NCBI GenBank assembly: GCA_964640655.1
Contig: CAZXFT010000005.1
Location: 99,929-163,928 of the forward strand
DNA length: 64,000 nt
Source: an uncultured Bifidobacteriaceae bacterium
Lineage (GTDB): Bacteria; Bacteroidota; Bacteroidia; Chitinophagales; UBA10324
Reading direction: 5' to 3'
The first letter of the stretch is position 1. Every line of letters starts with the position of its first letter. The position numbers and the translations under genes are program-made. Positions 19,911-29,068 of the stretch are shown in pieces. Under the pieces are notes generated by a model. The model worked only from the letters and a program-made list of their open reading frames with translations, was not told where the DNA came from and did not search any database.

Positions 19911-22664
19911 TTAGTTTTCAAATGCTTTATTCACTATTTCTTCCTGCTCACGGGCATGCACTTTCTGGAAACCGCTTGCCGGTGAAGCACTTGACTTGCG
20001 CGATATCATACCCCATTTGATATTCTTATAGCAGCTCAATAAATAAACCCAGGCTCCCATATTTGCCGGTTCTTCCTGCACCCAAACATATTGAGCCAAC
20101 TTATATTTGTTAACAATGGCATCCATTTGTTTGTAAGGCAAAGGATAGAGTTGTTCCAAACGCACGATAGCGACATCGGTGCGATTATCATTTTGCTTTT
20201 TCTCCAAAAGATCATAGTAAATTTTTCCACAACAGAATAGCACGCGCTTTACTTTCAGTGGGTCCTGAATATTTGTATCATCAATAAGTTCCTTGAACCC
20301 ACCCTGTATAAAATCATTCACATGCGACACACATAATGGATGGCGAAGCAAACTCTTTGGCGACATAATAATTAATGGCTTGCGGAAGGGACGATATAAC
20401 TGACGACGCAAAGCATGAAACAAGTTGGCTGGTGCGGTAATGTTGGCAACTGTAATATTGTACTCTGCACAGAGTTGTAAAAAGCGTTCTAATCGGGCAC
20501 TGCTATGCTCAGGCCCTTGACCTTCATAACCATGAGGCAGCAACATGGTTAAACCACTCATACGCTGCCATTTACTTTCTGAAGAAGAAATAAACTGATC
20601 AATAATTGTTTGTGCACCGTTGGCAAAATCTCCAAATTGTGCTTCCCAAATAGTCAGAGACTGAGGTGTGGCGCTACTATAGCCGTATTCAAAACCAAGA
20701 ACAGCAAACTCGCTCAGCAAAGAATTAAATATCCTGAAACGACCTTTCTGTTCCGGATCTAAATTATCGAGTCGGTTATACTCTTTATTTGTTTTCTCAT
20801 CATAGATAACAGCGTGCCTATGCGAGAAAGTGCCCCGCTTCACATCTTGGCCACTGAGTCGAACATCTTTGCCTTCCAGAACTAATGTGCCATATGCGAG
20901 CAATTCGCCTGTTGCCCAATCGGCATAACCATCTTCAAGGAAAATTTTTCGACGGGCTGCTAACATGCTCTCCACTTTTTTCAGCGGCTCAAACCCTTCT
21001 GGATAGGTCATTAATCCCTTCAATACCTTGTCAATAAAATCTTTGGTTACAGAAGTATCGGGACTTTGCTCAAAATCTTCAGGCTTTGATTTACGCAATT
21101 CTTTCCATGCCAGTTCCGGCTCCTGATAATTGTATGGTAATGGATGTTGCTTTACATCATCGAGACGGTCTTGCAGGTCCTTCCAGAACTCCTTATCCAT
21201 TCCCTTTGCCAACTCTGCGTCAATCTCTCCACGAGCTATTAATGCATTGGAATAGACCTCACGTGGATTTGGGTGTTGGGAAATGATGTCGTATAAATAC
21301 GGCTGAGTGTATTTTGGATCATCCCCTTCATTGTGTCCATGTCTGCGATAGCATACCATATCTACAAATACATCACGATTAAATTTTTGACGGAATTCAG
21401 TAGCCAGTTCCACACAAAAAACAACAGCTTCGGGGTCATCGCCATTTACGTGCATTACCGGTATACCTACCATTGCGGCAAGCGAGGTGCAGTAATTAGC
21501 TGATCGTGCATCGTCAAAGTCAGTTGTAAAACCAATTTGATTGTTAATTACAAAATGTATACTGCCACCGGTATAGTAACCTTTCAGGTTACTCATTTGC
21601 AATACTTCATAAACTACACCCTGACCCGCTACTGAAGCATCACCATGAATAATTACAGGAAGTATCTGATTGAAGTTACTTTGATACATGATGTCCGCCT
21701 TGGCTCTTACAAACCCCTCAACTACAGGATTCACGGCCTCAAGGTGCGAAGGATTGGGAGATAATTTTAAATATACCTTTTCTCCACACTCTGATACAAT
21801 CTCTGAAGAATAACCTAAATGATATTTCACATCGCCATCTCCCATAGTAGTATCCGGTACTGCATTTCCTTCGAACTCGTTAAAAATCTGATTGTATGTT
21901 TTGCCTAATGTATTTGCCAATACATTTAAACGGCCACGATGCGCCATTCCTACTACTATTTCTTTGACACCAAGCGAGGCTGATTTATTGATAATGGCAT
22001 CTAAAGCCGGAATGGTGTTTTCTCCCCCCTCAAGTGAAAAGCGTTTCTGGCCTATATATTTTTTATGAAGAAAACTTTCAAAAACCACCGCAGCATTCAG
22101 CTTCGACAAGATGCGCTTTTTCTTTTCGATGGATAAACTATTTTGATTGGCACCACTCTCAAATTTCTCTTCAAACCATTCTCTTATTTCTTTCTCAACG
22201 ATGTAAGTATATTCAACACCAATATTTCCGCAATATATCTGATTCAACTTTTGTAATATAGATTGCAGACTTGCTTTACCCAAACCAATGGCACTACCTG
22301 CGTAAAAAGACGTGTTTAAATCACTATCAGAAAGCCCAAATGACGATAGCTCCAAACCGGCATGGCGGTCTTTACGTTTGCGAATTGGATTTGTATTTGA
22401 AAGCAAATGACCTCGGTCGCGGTACGCACGAATCAGACTCCATACTTTTAATTCGGCAGCAATGTCTGTATCAGTAGCTACTGTAGAAATTGTTGACGAT
22501 TCAACACCGTTGCCATTTTTATAGTTGGAAGAGATAGCGAAATCAAATCCTTCGAAAAATTTCTTCCACTCCACATCTACTGAGGCAGGGTTTTGTTTAA
22601 AATCGTGATATAATGACTCTATGTATTGTGGATGTGCGTTGGAGATATAGGAAAACTTGTCCAT
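19911..22664 (-). CDS. sucA: 2-oxoglutarate dehydrogenase E1 component
   Basis: 917 aa. Contains RAYRDRGH, MAHRGRLNVL, the GDASVAGQGVVYE ThDP motif and CYRRHGHNEGD. Confidence 0.95.
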   Translation of the reverse strand: MDKFSYISNAHPQYIESLYHDFKQNPASVDVEWKKFFEGFDFAISSNYKNGNGVESSTISTVATDTDIAAELKVWSLIRAYRDRGHLLSNTNPIRKRKDRHAGLELSSFGLSDSDLNTSFYAGSAIGLGKASLQSILQKLNQIYCGNIGVEYTYIVEKEIREWFEEKFESGANQNSLSIEKKKRILSKLNAAVVFESFLHKKYIGQKRFSLEGGENTIPALDAIINKSASLGVKEIVVGMAHRGRLNVLANTLGKTYNQIFNEFEGNAVPDTTMGDGDVKYHLGYSSEIVSECGEKVYLKLSPNPSHLEAVNPVVEGFVRAKADIMYQSNFNQILPVIIHGDASVAGQGVVYEVLQMSNLKGYYTGGSIHFVINNQIGFTTDFDDARSANYCTSLAAMVGIPVMHVNGDDPEAVVFCVELATEFRQKFNRDVFVDMVCYRRHGHNEGDDPKYTQPYLYDIISQHPNPREVYSNALIARGEIDAELAKGMDKEFWKDLQDRLDDVKQHPLPYNYQEPELAWKELRKSKPEDFEQSPDTSVTKDFIDKVLKGLMTYPEGFEPLKKVESMLAARRKIFLEDGYADWATGELLAYGTLVLEGKDVRLSGQDVKRGTFSHRHAVIYDEKTNKEYNRLDNLDPEQKGRFRIFNSLLSEFAVLGFEYGYSSATPQSLTIWEAQFGDFANGAQTIIDQFISSSESKWQRMSGLTMLLPHGYEGQGPEHSSARLERFLQLCAEYNITVANITAPANLFHALRRQLYRPFRKPLIIMSPKSLLRHPLCVSHVNDFIQGGFKELIDDTNIQDPLKVKRVLFCCGKIYYDLLEKKQNDNRTDVAIVRLEQLYPLPYKQMDAIVNKYKLAQYVWVQEEPANMGAWVYLLSCYKNIKWGMISRKSSASPASGFQKVHAREQEEIVNKAFEN

Positions 22665-22742
22665 TCAGCAGGGCTATTCTGTTAATTCGCACAAATATCG
22701 TAATTAGAAGTTTATTGGCTTTGAATGCTAATAGGGTATTTT

Positions 22743-22766
22743 ACGATCGATAATATCATTGATCGT
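22743..22766. promoter_or_regulatory. 24-bp imperfect palindrome, candidate operator in the sucA-rpsT divergent region
   Basis: ACGATCGATAATATCATTGATCGT. 10 of 12 positions are self-complementary and the outer ACGATC/GATCGT arms are perfect. Confidence 0.25.
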
Positions 22767-22824
22767 TAAGTCAATAATTCTCAAATAAAATATTGTAACG
22801 ACTTGCGCAAGCAACTAAATAGCA

Positions 22825-22832
22825 TATATTTG
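22825..22832 (+). promoter_or_regulatory. -7 promoter box TATATTTG for rpsT
   Basis: Exact TAnnTTTG match 19 nt before ATG 22852. A TTG at 22803-22805 sits at suitable -33 spacing. Confidence 0.55.
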
Positions 22833-22851
22833 CACCCCTTATAAAATAACA

Positions 22852-23100
22852 ATGGCAAATACCAAAAACGCAAAGAAAGCTCAACGTCAGGCAGCAAAAC
22901 GCCGTTTAGACAATCGTTTGCACGCTAAAACAACACGTAATCTTATCAAAAAATCAGTTGCTGGAGATAAAGACGCACCCGCAGTAAGTGAAGTTCTCGC
23001 TAAAATTGACAAACTTGCAAAAAAGAACGTGATTCATAAGAATAAGGCTGCTAATCTTAAATCTAAACTGATGAAAAAAGCGTCAGCAAAAAAAGCATAA
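22852..23100 (+). CDS. rpsT: 30S ribosomal protein S20
   Basis: 82 aa, highly basic. MANTKNAKKAQRQAAKRRLDN is the typical S20 N-terminus. Confidence 0.92.
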   Translation: MANTKNAKKAQRQAAKRRLDNRLHAKTTRNLIKKSVAGDKDAPAVSEVLAKIDKLAKKNVIHKNKAANLKSKLMKKASAKKA

Positions 23101-23125
23101 GACTACTCACTCAAACTATGTTGAA

Positions 23126-23152
23126 GGGTATCCACAAAGGATACCCTTTTTT
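23126..23152 (+). terminator. Intrinsic terminator of rpsT
   Basis: GGGTATCC-ACAAA-GGATACCC hairpin followed by TTTTTT. Confidence 0.8.
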
Positions 23153-23172
23153 ATTTCATCTAATTTAGACCT

Positions 23173-24171
23173 GTGAAAACTTTTCGTACAGAGATTATCA
23201 TTCCCCGAATTCCATTTCAGATTGAAAATCAGGAAACCATGTTGAGCCTGGGTTCTTGCTTCTCAGAAGAAATAGGTAAGCGCTTTCTAAATGCTAAGTT
23301 TAACATCTATATCAACCCCTTCGGGCAGCAGTACAACCCCTTTTCTATTGCTGATGGATTAATGAGACTGGCTGATACTCATGAATATCGTGATGAAGAA
23401 CTGATATACTTTAATCATCAATATCATTCTTTCGATCATCACGGCAATTATTCTTCTGCAGATAAAGTAAAAACATTACAAAACATCAACGAAACATTAA
23501 GCACAGCAAGCAGTCAGTTGAAAGATGCTTCTATTATATGGATAACTCCAGGAACTGCTCACGTTTTTGAACATTTAAGTAGCAAGAGAATTGTAAATAA
23601 CTGCCATAAAATGCCATCTGCTGAATTTAATCTCAGACTATTGAGTGCTGATGAAATTTATGACAAACTGATATCTGCTATTGAAAAAGTTAGAAATATT
23701 AACCCGAAATGTAAGTTCATATTTACAGTTAGTCCGGTACGATATTTTGCATTAGGGCATTTTGAAAACAGTATTTCAAAAGGTCGTTTGTTCGATGCTG
23801 TTTATCGACTCACAAAACAAGCCAAAGATGTTTTCTATTTCCCATCATACGAATTGGTAATTGATGAGCTGCGCGATTATCGTTTCTATAAAACGGATAT
23901 GTTGCACCCCTCAGAAGAAGCAATTGACTTTGTGTGGAATAAGTTACAGGGATGGATGAGTGCAAAATGTATCAAAGTATTAACTGAAGCTGAAAGCATA
24001 CATCAAATGCTGATTCATAAACCAATGACAGATAACTATTCAGAATTATTGAAGTTCTATGAGCACTTAATTAAGCGCATGCATTTGGCTGAAAATAGTT
24101 TCGGATTGAAATATGTTCGGGAAATTAAGGCTATAAATGATATTGTGAGCATTATGTTGGTGAAGCATTAA
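23173..24171 (+). CDS. GSCFA domain protein
   Basis: Contains the family-defining motif (LGSCFSEEIG). GTG start. Confidence 0.7.
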   Translation: MKTFRTEIIIPRIPFQIENQETMLSLGSCFSEEIGKRFLNAKFNIYINPFGQQYNPFSIADGLMRLADTHEYRDEELIYFNHQYHSFDHHGNYSSADKVKTLQNINETLSTASSQLKDASIIWITPGTAHVFEHLSSKRIVNNCHKMPSAEFNLRLLSADEIYDKLISAIEKVRNINPKCKFIFTVSPVRYFALGHFENSISKGRLFDAVYRLTKQAKDVFYFPSYELVIDELRDYRFYKTDMLHPSEEAIDFVWNKLQGWMSAKCIKVLTEAESIHQMLIHKPMTDNYSELLKFYEHLIKRMHLAENSFGLKYVREIKAINDIVSIMLVKH

Positions 24172-25319
24172 CGCACTAACTTTCGTGTAATCTTATCATT
24201 AGCATCATCAATTAATATGATAAAATAACAACCGTTTGGTTTATTTGAAAGATCAACTGTTGTTGAATTTGTAAATGACCCTTCGTCTAATCTCTTTCCT
24301 AAAACATCTATTAACTCATAATGCATCTTTATAGGGGAAACTATTTGATAAATTCCATCAGATAATTTGATAATAGCTACGGCAGGTTCGTTGTTTCTAA
24401 TAATATTCAATGTCGCACATTGATCACTCTTCTGATAGTATGATGAATTACTCCAAACCTCCTTAATATCATTCACGGCACTTTCACCGGCTGCTTTTAA
24501 ATAAATATCCAACCAAGGTTTAAGGATATTGAATGTGCGTGTATGCTGCTCTGAACGGGTAATAGCTGCAGATGGATTACAGGTGATTTCTCCTAATGAA
24601 CACGTTAAACTGCTGTCGGCAAAGTAACAATGCGAAGCCCCGTTTAAAGTAACTAATACTTTACAAGCAGCACTCAAGGCATCGAATATGGGTTGCTGAT
24701 GATCGGCTATTGGAGTAATACAATCATTGGCCCCTGCAAACATTAGTGTCGGAAATGGAACCCCAGCAGCCGCATTAATAGCAGATGGATTTGTATTGGC
24801 AGCTGCAAAGTTGACAACGGTTTTCACGTGCATATTACCTGACGCCATTTGAGCAGCAAGTATAGAGCATCCACCACCCATGGAGTGTCCACCAATGGCA
24901 GCTAAACTGTTAAACGATTGATACAGTATTGATGAAGACAAAGTGTTTTCGGTTTCTGTTAGATAGTTTACAAGAAAGAGAAGGTCTTTGGCAAACTCCT
25001 GATGATTTGGAATGATACCGCCTTCAGTTTTTGGTAAAGCCACAATATAACCGTCATCAACCAATACATTAACAATATTCATGTATGCATTTGTACTCAT
25101 TACAAAACCATGTCCCCAAACCAAGAGAGGATATTGACCCGGCATAACGGGTACATTATCTCCGTTGCTTGCCGCTGGATAGTAAATCTCTGTTTCTATA
25201 TTACGATTGCGTGAAGCATCGTTAATGGTTGTATTGATATGCCCGATACCGGCATAAGAATGAGAAAAGCATAGCAGAAAAATGATGACAGGGTAACGCA
25301 TGGGTTTAGTTTGGTACAC
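24168..25319 (-). CDS. Secreted alpha/beta hydrolase of the dienelactone-hydrolase/PETase-like cutinase type with a C-terminal T9SS sorting domain
   Basis: GHSMGGG nucleophile elbow, Asp in PTLMFAGANDCITP and His in LNGASHCYF. These have the same order and spacing as polyester-hydrolase-type enzymes. The C-terminal ~80 aa resemble a Por secretion tail (..IDVLGKRL..VDLSNKPNGCYFIIL..). Confidence 0.6.
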   Translation of the reverse strand: MYQTKPMRYPVIIFLLCFSHSYAGIGHINTTINDASRNRNIETEIYYPAASNGDNVPVMPGQYPLLVWGHGFVMSTNAYMNIVNVLVDDGYIVALPKTEGGIIPNHQEFAKDLLFLVNYLTETENTLSSSILYQSFNSLAAIGGHSMGGGCSILAAQMASGNMHVKTVVNFAAANTNPSAINAAAGVPFPTLMFAGANDCITPIADHQQPIFDALSAACKVLVTLNGASHCYFADSSLTCSLGEITCNPSAAITRSEQHTRTFNILKPWLDIYLKAAGESAVNDIKEVWSNSSYYQKSDQCATLNIIRNNEPAVAIIKLSDGIYQIVSPIKMHYELIDVLGKRLDEGSFTNSTTVDLSNKPNGCYFIILIDDANDKITRKLVR

Positions 25320-25350
25320 GCAATATAAAAAACCTTACATTCATAGATTG

Positions 25351-25358
25351 TATTTTTG
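25351..25358 (+). promoter_or_regulatory. -7 promoter box TATTTTTG for the M48 peptidase and cysC genes
   Basis: Exact TAnnTTTG match 25 nt upstream of ATG 25384. Confidence 0.45.
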
Positions 25359-25383
25359 ACCGTTCAAATGCATAAATAATTTC

Positions 25384-26187
25384 ATGATGCTTAAAAGAGT
25401 AACCCTTGCCTTGATTGTGGTATTAATTATTGATGCGTGTTCTCGTGTTCCGGTAACAGGTAGAAAACAACTCAATATGCTTCCTGAGTCGGAGTTAACT
25501 TCTATGTCGCTAACAAGCTACAGGCAATTCTTGCAGAAAAATCAGGTAATCAGTGGCACAACAGAGGCTCAGATGGTTAGTGATGTAGGGTTAAAAATAG
25601 CGACAGCATCACAGCGATATTTAAAATCACACAATCAATCTAAGCGAGTGCACGGTTACAAATGGGAGTTTAATCTGGTGCAATCGAAAGACATTAATGC
25701 ATGGTGTATGCCCGGAGGAAAAGTAGTAGTGTATTCCGGCATTTTGCCTGTTACAAAATCTGAAACCGGACTTGCAGTGGTGATGAGCCACGAAATAGCT
25801 CACGCCATAGCACGACACGGTAACGAGCGTATGAGTCAGGGATTATTGGCTGAAGCCGGCGGCATTGGGTTAAGTTTATACCTGCAACAAAAACCATCGC
25901 AAGCTAATGCCTTATTTGAACAAGCCTATGGAGTTGGTGTAGCTCTGGGTGCTATTCTTCCATTTAGCAGAATGCACGAATCAGAAGCAGATAAAATGGG
26001 GCTGGTTTTTATGGCTATGGCTGGATTCAATCCTAACGAAGCTGTCGAGTTTTGGCAGCGTATGAAAAACGCGTCGAATGGAAATGTTCCGGCATTTTTA
26101 AGTACACACCCCGGCGATGAAAAGCGAATTGAAGAAATTAAAAAATTTTTGCCAACAGCGATGAAATATTACAAAGCAAATTCATAA
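25384..26187 (+). CDS. M48 family zinc metallopeptidase lipoprotein
   Basis: HEIAH zinc motif (VMSHEIAHAIARH), downstream ESEADKMG, and lipobox IIDAC. Confidence 0.8.
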   Translation: MMLKRVTLALIVVLIIDACSRVPVTGRKQLNMLPESELTSMSLTSYRQFLQKNQVISGTTEAQMVSDVGLKIATASQRYLKSHNQSKRVHGYKWEFNLVQSKDINAWCMPGGKVVVYSGILPVTKSETGLAVVMSHEIAHAIARHGNERMSQGLLAEAGGIGLSLYLQQKPSQANALFEQAYGVGVALGAILPFSRMHESEADKMGLVFMAMAGFNPNEAVEFWQRMKNASNGNVPAFLSTHPGDEKRIEEIKKFLPTAMKYYKANS

Positions 26188-26189
26188 GG

Positions 26190-26786
26190 ATGAGTACCAA
26201 CATTTTCAGAGTAGATGATTTATTGCCGCGCAACGAAAGAGAGAAAAAATTAAAACAACGTTCCCGGGTAATTTGGTTAACTGGTTTATCAGGTTCCGGC
26301 AAGACAACATTAGCAAAAGCACTGGAGAAATCTTTAACTGAACAAGGTCATATGGTTTATGTGCTTGACGGAGACAACATTCGCCACGGATTAAACAAAG
26401 GCTTAGGATTTTCGGAAGCTGACCGAATGGAAAATATTCGCCGCATAGCTGAAGTGTCTAAATTGCTAGTAGATGCCGGCATTATCACTATTAATTGTTT
26501 TGTAAGTCCTACAGATGCTATGCGCACCCTTGCGAAAAGTATCATTGGTGATAACGATTTCATTGAAGTTTATGTAGACTGTCCCATTGAAGTTTGTGAG
26601 GAGCGCGATGTAAAAGGACTTTACGCCAAAGCTCGACGAGGTGAAATTCCTGATTTTACAGGCATCACCTCACCATATGAACCACCATCAAATCCAGATA
26701 TTAAGCTGGATACTTCTAACAATGGCATTGAAATTTGTCTGAATCAATTTATATCAATGCTAAAACCTCGAATCACACTATCTTAA
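26190..26786 (+). CDS. cysC: Adenylylsulfate (APS) kinase
   Basis: Contains the LTGLSGSGKTT P-loop, LDGDNIRHGLN and FVSP motifs. Confidence 0.92.
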   Translation: MSTNIFRVDDLLPRNEREKKLKQRSRVIWLTGLSGSGKTTLAKALEKSLTEQGHMVYVLDGDNIRHGLNKGLGFSEADRMENIRRIAEVSKLLVDAGIITINCFVSPTDAMRTLAKSIIGDNDFIEVYVDCPIEVCEERDVKGLYAKARRGEIPDFTGITSPYEPPSNPDIKLDTSNNGIEICLNQFISMLKPRITLS

Positions 26787-26805
26787 ACTTTTAAGGTTCA
26801 AGCAT

Positions 26806-26813
26806 TACATTTG
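26806..26813 (+). promoter_or_regulatory. -7 promoter box TACATTTG upstream of cysD
   Basis: Exact TAnnTTTG match 19 nt upstream of the TTG start at 26833. Confidence 0.45.
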
Positions 26814-26832
26814 CAATCCTTAAAAATTAAAA

Positions 26833-27735
26833 TTGTCATACCAACTCAAACATCTGGATCAACTCGAAGCCGAAGCCATCTATGTGATGCGTGAGGTTGC
26901 GGCTCAGTTTGAGCGTCCTGGTATTTTATTCAGCGGGGGCAAGGATTCTATATGTCTGGTGCATTTAGCACGAAAAGCTTTTTATCCTGGCAAGATTCCA
27001 TTCCCATTGGTACACATTGATACAGGGCACAATTTTCCCGAGACCATCAGCTACCGCGACGAATTAGCAAAGAACATAGGAGCTGAATTAATTGTTGGTT
27101 CTGTTCAGGATTCTATAGATCAGGGTAGGGCTAAGGAAGAGACAGGCTTCAATGCAAGTCGCAATAAACTTCAAACCATTACCCTTCTTGAAACCATTGA
27201 AAAGTACAAGTTTGATGCATTGATGGGCGGAGCGAGACGCGATGAGGAAAAGGCACGAGCCAAAGAACGCTTCTTCTCGCACCGCGACGAGTTCGGTCAA
27301 TGGGACCCCAAAAATCAAAGGCCTGAATTGTGGATGTTGTTGAATGGAAAGAAAAATATTGGTGAGCATTTTCGGGTTTTCCCGATCAGCAACTGGACAG
27401 AGATGGATGTGTGGCAATATATCTTGCGAGAAAATATTCCATTACCTACCCTTTATTATTCTCATAAGCGCAAAGTTTTTAATCGCGACGGTGTGTTGTA
27501 TGCCTACTCAGATTTTATGCCATTGAAACCTACTGAACAAGTGGAAGAAATGGTAGTGCGCTTTAGAACCATAGGAGACATGACATGCACCGGTGCTGTT
27601 ATTTCCAAAGCATCTAAACTCGAAGAAATAGTAGTTGAAGTTGCCGCATTGCGAACTACAGAGCGTGGAACTCGTGCCGACGATAAACGCAGCGAAACAG
27701 CTATGGAAGACCGTAAAAAAGAAGGATACTTTTAA
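26833..27735 (+). CDS. cysD: Sulfate adenylyltransferase subunit 2
   Basis: Contains LKHLDQLEAEAIYVMREV, FSGGKDS (PP-loop) and a C-terminus ending RKKEGYF. TTG start. Confidence 0.92.
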   Translation: MSYQLKHLDQLEAEAIYVMREVAAQFERPGILFSGGKDSICLVHLARKAFYPGKIPFPLVHIDTGHNFPETISYRDELAKNIGAELIVGSVQDSIDQGRAKEETGFNASRNKLQTITLLETIEKYKFDALMGGARRDEEKARAKERFFSHRDEFGQWDPKNQRPELWMLLNGKKNIGEHFRVFPISNWTEMDVWQYILRENIPLPTLYYSHKRKVFNRDGVLYAYSDFMPLKPTEQVEEMVVRFRTIGDMTCTGAVISKASKLEEIVVEVAALRTTERGTRADDKRSETAMEDRKKEGYF

Positions 27736-27745
27736 CTATACCGCT

Positions 27746-29002
27746 ATGAGTTATTTAGATATGGACTTACTTCGATTCACCACTGCCGGCTCGGTGGATG
27801 ATGGCAAGAGTACACTCATTGGTCGTTTGCTATATGATTCCAAATCTATTTTTGAAGATCAGTGGGATGCTATAGAAGATGCCAGTAAACGACGTGGCGA
27901 AGGGTATGTGAATCTTGCATTGTTAACAGACGGATTAAAAGCTGAGCGAGAGCAAGGCATAACCATAGATGTTGCTTACCGCTACTTTGCCACTCCCAAG
28001 CGCAAGTTCATCATAGCCGACACACCCGGCCATATTCAGTACACCCGTAATATGGTAACCGGAGCCAGCACAGCCAACTTAGCTTTAATACTTGTTGATG
28101 CCCGCAAAGGTGTTGTTGAACAAACACGTCGTCATTCTTTCATTGCATCTCTGCTTGGTATACCGCATTTGGTTATTTGTATTAATAAAATGGACTTGGT
28201 GGATTATGCAGAAACTGTTTTTGAGAACATCAAGCAGCAGTTCACCGAGTTTGCGGCTAAATTGAATGTTAAAGACATTCACTTTATACCCATTAGTGCT
28301 TTGCACGGAGATAATGTTGTAAGTCGTTCTGAAAACATGGCTTGGTATAGAGGCAGTACTTTAATGTATCTTCTCGAAACAGTTCATATAGCCGGTGATG
28401 AGAATTTAATTGATGCGCGTTTTTCTGTGCAACATGTCATCAGACCTATGCAACACGAACACCACGACTATCGCGGATATGCCGGTACCATTGCCGGTGG
28501 TGTGCTTCGAGTTGGTGATGATGTTACTGTTTTACCCGGAGGGTTTAGTTCCAAAATTTCTAATATCGAGTTTGCAGGTAAACAATTGCAGGAAGCTTTC
28601 CCACCAATGAGTGTTACACTTCGCTTGCAAGACGAAATAGATATCAGTCGCGGAGACATGGTAGTGCGCAGTGCCAATCAACCTCGTGTTGTACAGGATA
28701 TGGACATTATGTGCTGTTGGTTTAACCCTAAAAGCTTGCAACCCAATTCTAAATATACCGTGCGCCATACCACGCGCGAAACAAAGTGTCTGGTGAAAGA
28801 AATTTATTACAAGGTAGATATCAATTCCATGCATCGCAACACAGAAAATCTGTCTGTGGAGATGAACGATATAGCGAAATTGAAACTTCGTACTGTTCAG
28901 CCTCTTGTTGTGGATGCCTATACCCGCAATCGCCATACCGGCGCTATCATACTTATCGATGAAGCTACCAACGAAACTGTTGGTGCAGGAATGATTTTGT
29001 AA
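27746..29002 (+). CDS. cysN: Sulfate adenylyltransferase subunit 1 (GTPase)
   Basis: Contains LRFTTAGSVDDGKST (G1), DTPGH (G3) and NKMD (G4). Start set at ATG 27746, because the upstream part of the track ORF overlaps cysD. Confidence 0.92.
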   Translation: MSYLDMDLLRFTTAGSVDDGKSTLIGRLLYDSKSIFEDQWDAIEDASKRRGEGYVNLALLTDGLKAEREQGITIDVAYRYFATPKRKFIIADTPGHIQYTRNMVTGASTANLALILVDARKGVVEQTRRHSFIASLLGIPHLVICINKMDLVDYAETVFENIKQQFTEFAAKLNVKDIHFIPISALHGDNVVSRSENMAWYRGSTLMYLLETVHIAGDENLIDARFSVQHVIRPMQHEHHDYRGYAGTIAGGVLRVGDDVTVLPGGFSSKISNIEFAGKQLQEAFPPMSVTLRLQDEIDISRGDMVVRSANQPRVVQDMDIMCCWFNPKSLQPNSKYTVRHTTRETKCLVKEIYYKVDINSMHRNTENLSVEMNDIAKLKLRTVQPLVVDAYTRNRHTGAIILIDEATNETVGAGMIL

Positions 29003-29038
29003 GTCAGGAGTTGTGCGAATCTCATTCGTTTCAAACAT

Positions 29039-29046
29039 TAACTTTG
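29039..29046 (+). promoter_or_regulatory. -7 promoter box TAACTTTG for lpdA
   Basis: Exact TAnnTTTG match 22 nt upstream of ATG 29069. Confidence 0.5.
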
Positions 29047-29068
29047 TCGCGCTTCAAAAAAAATTCAC

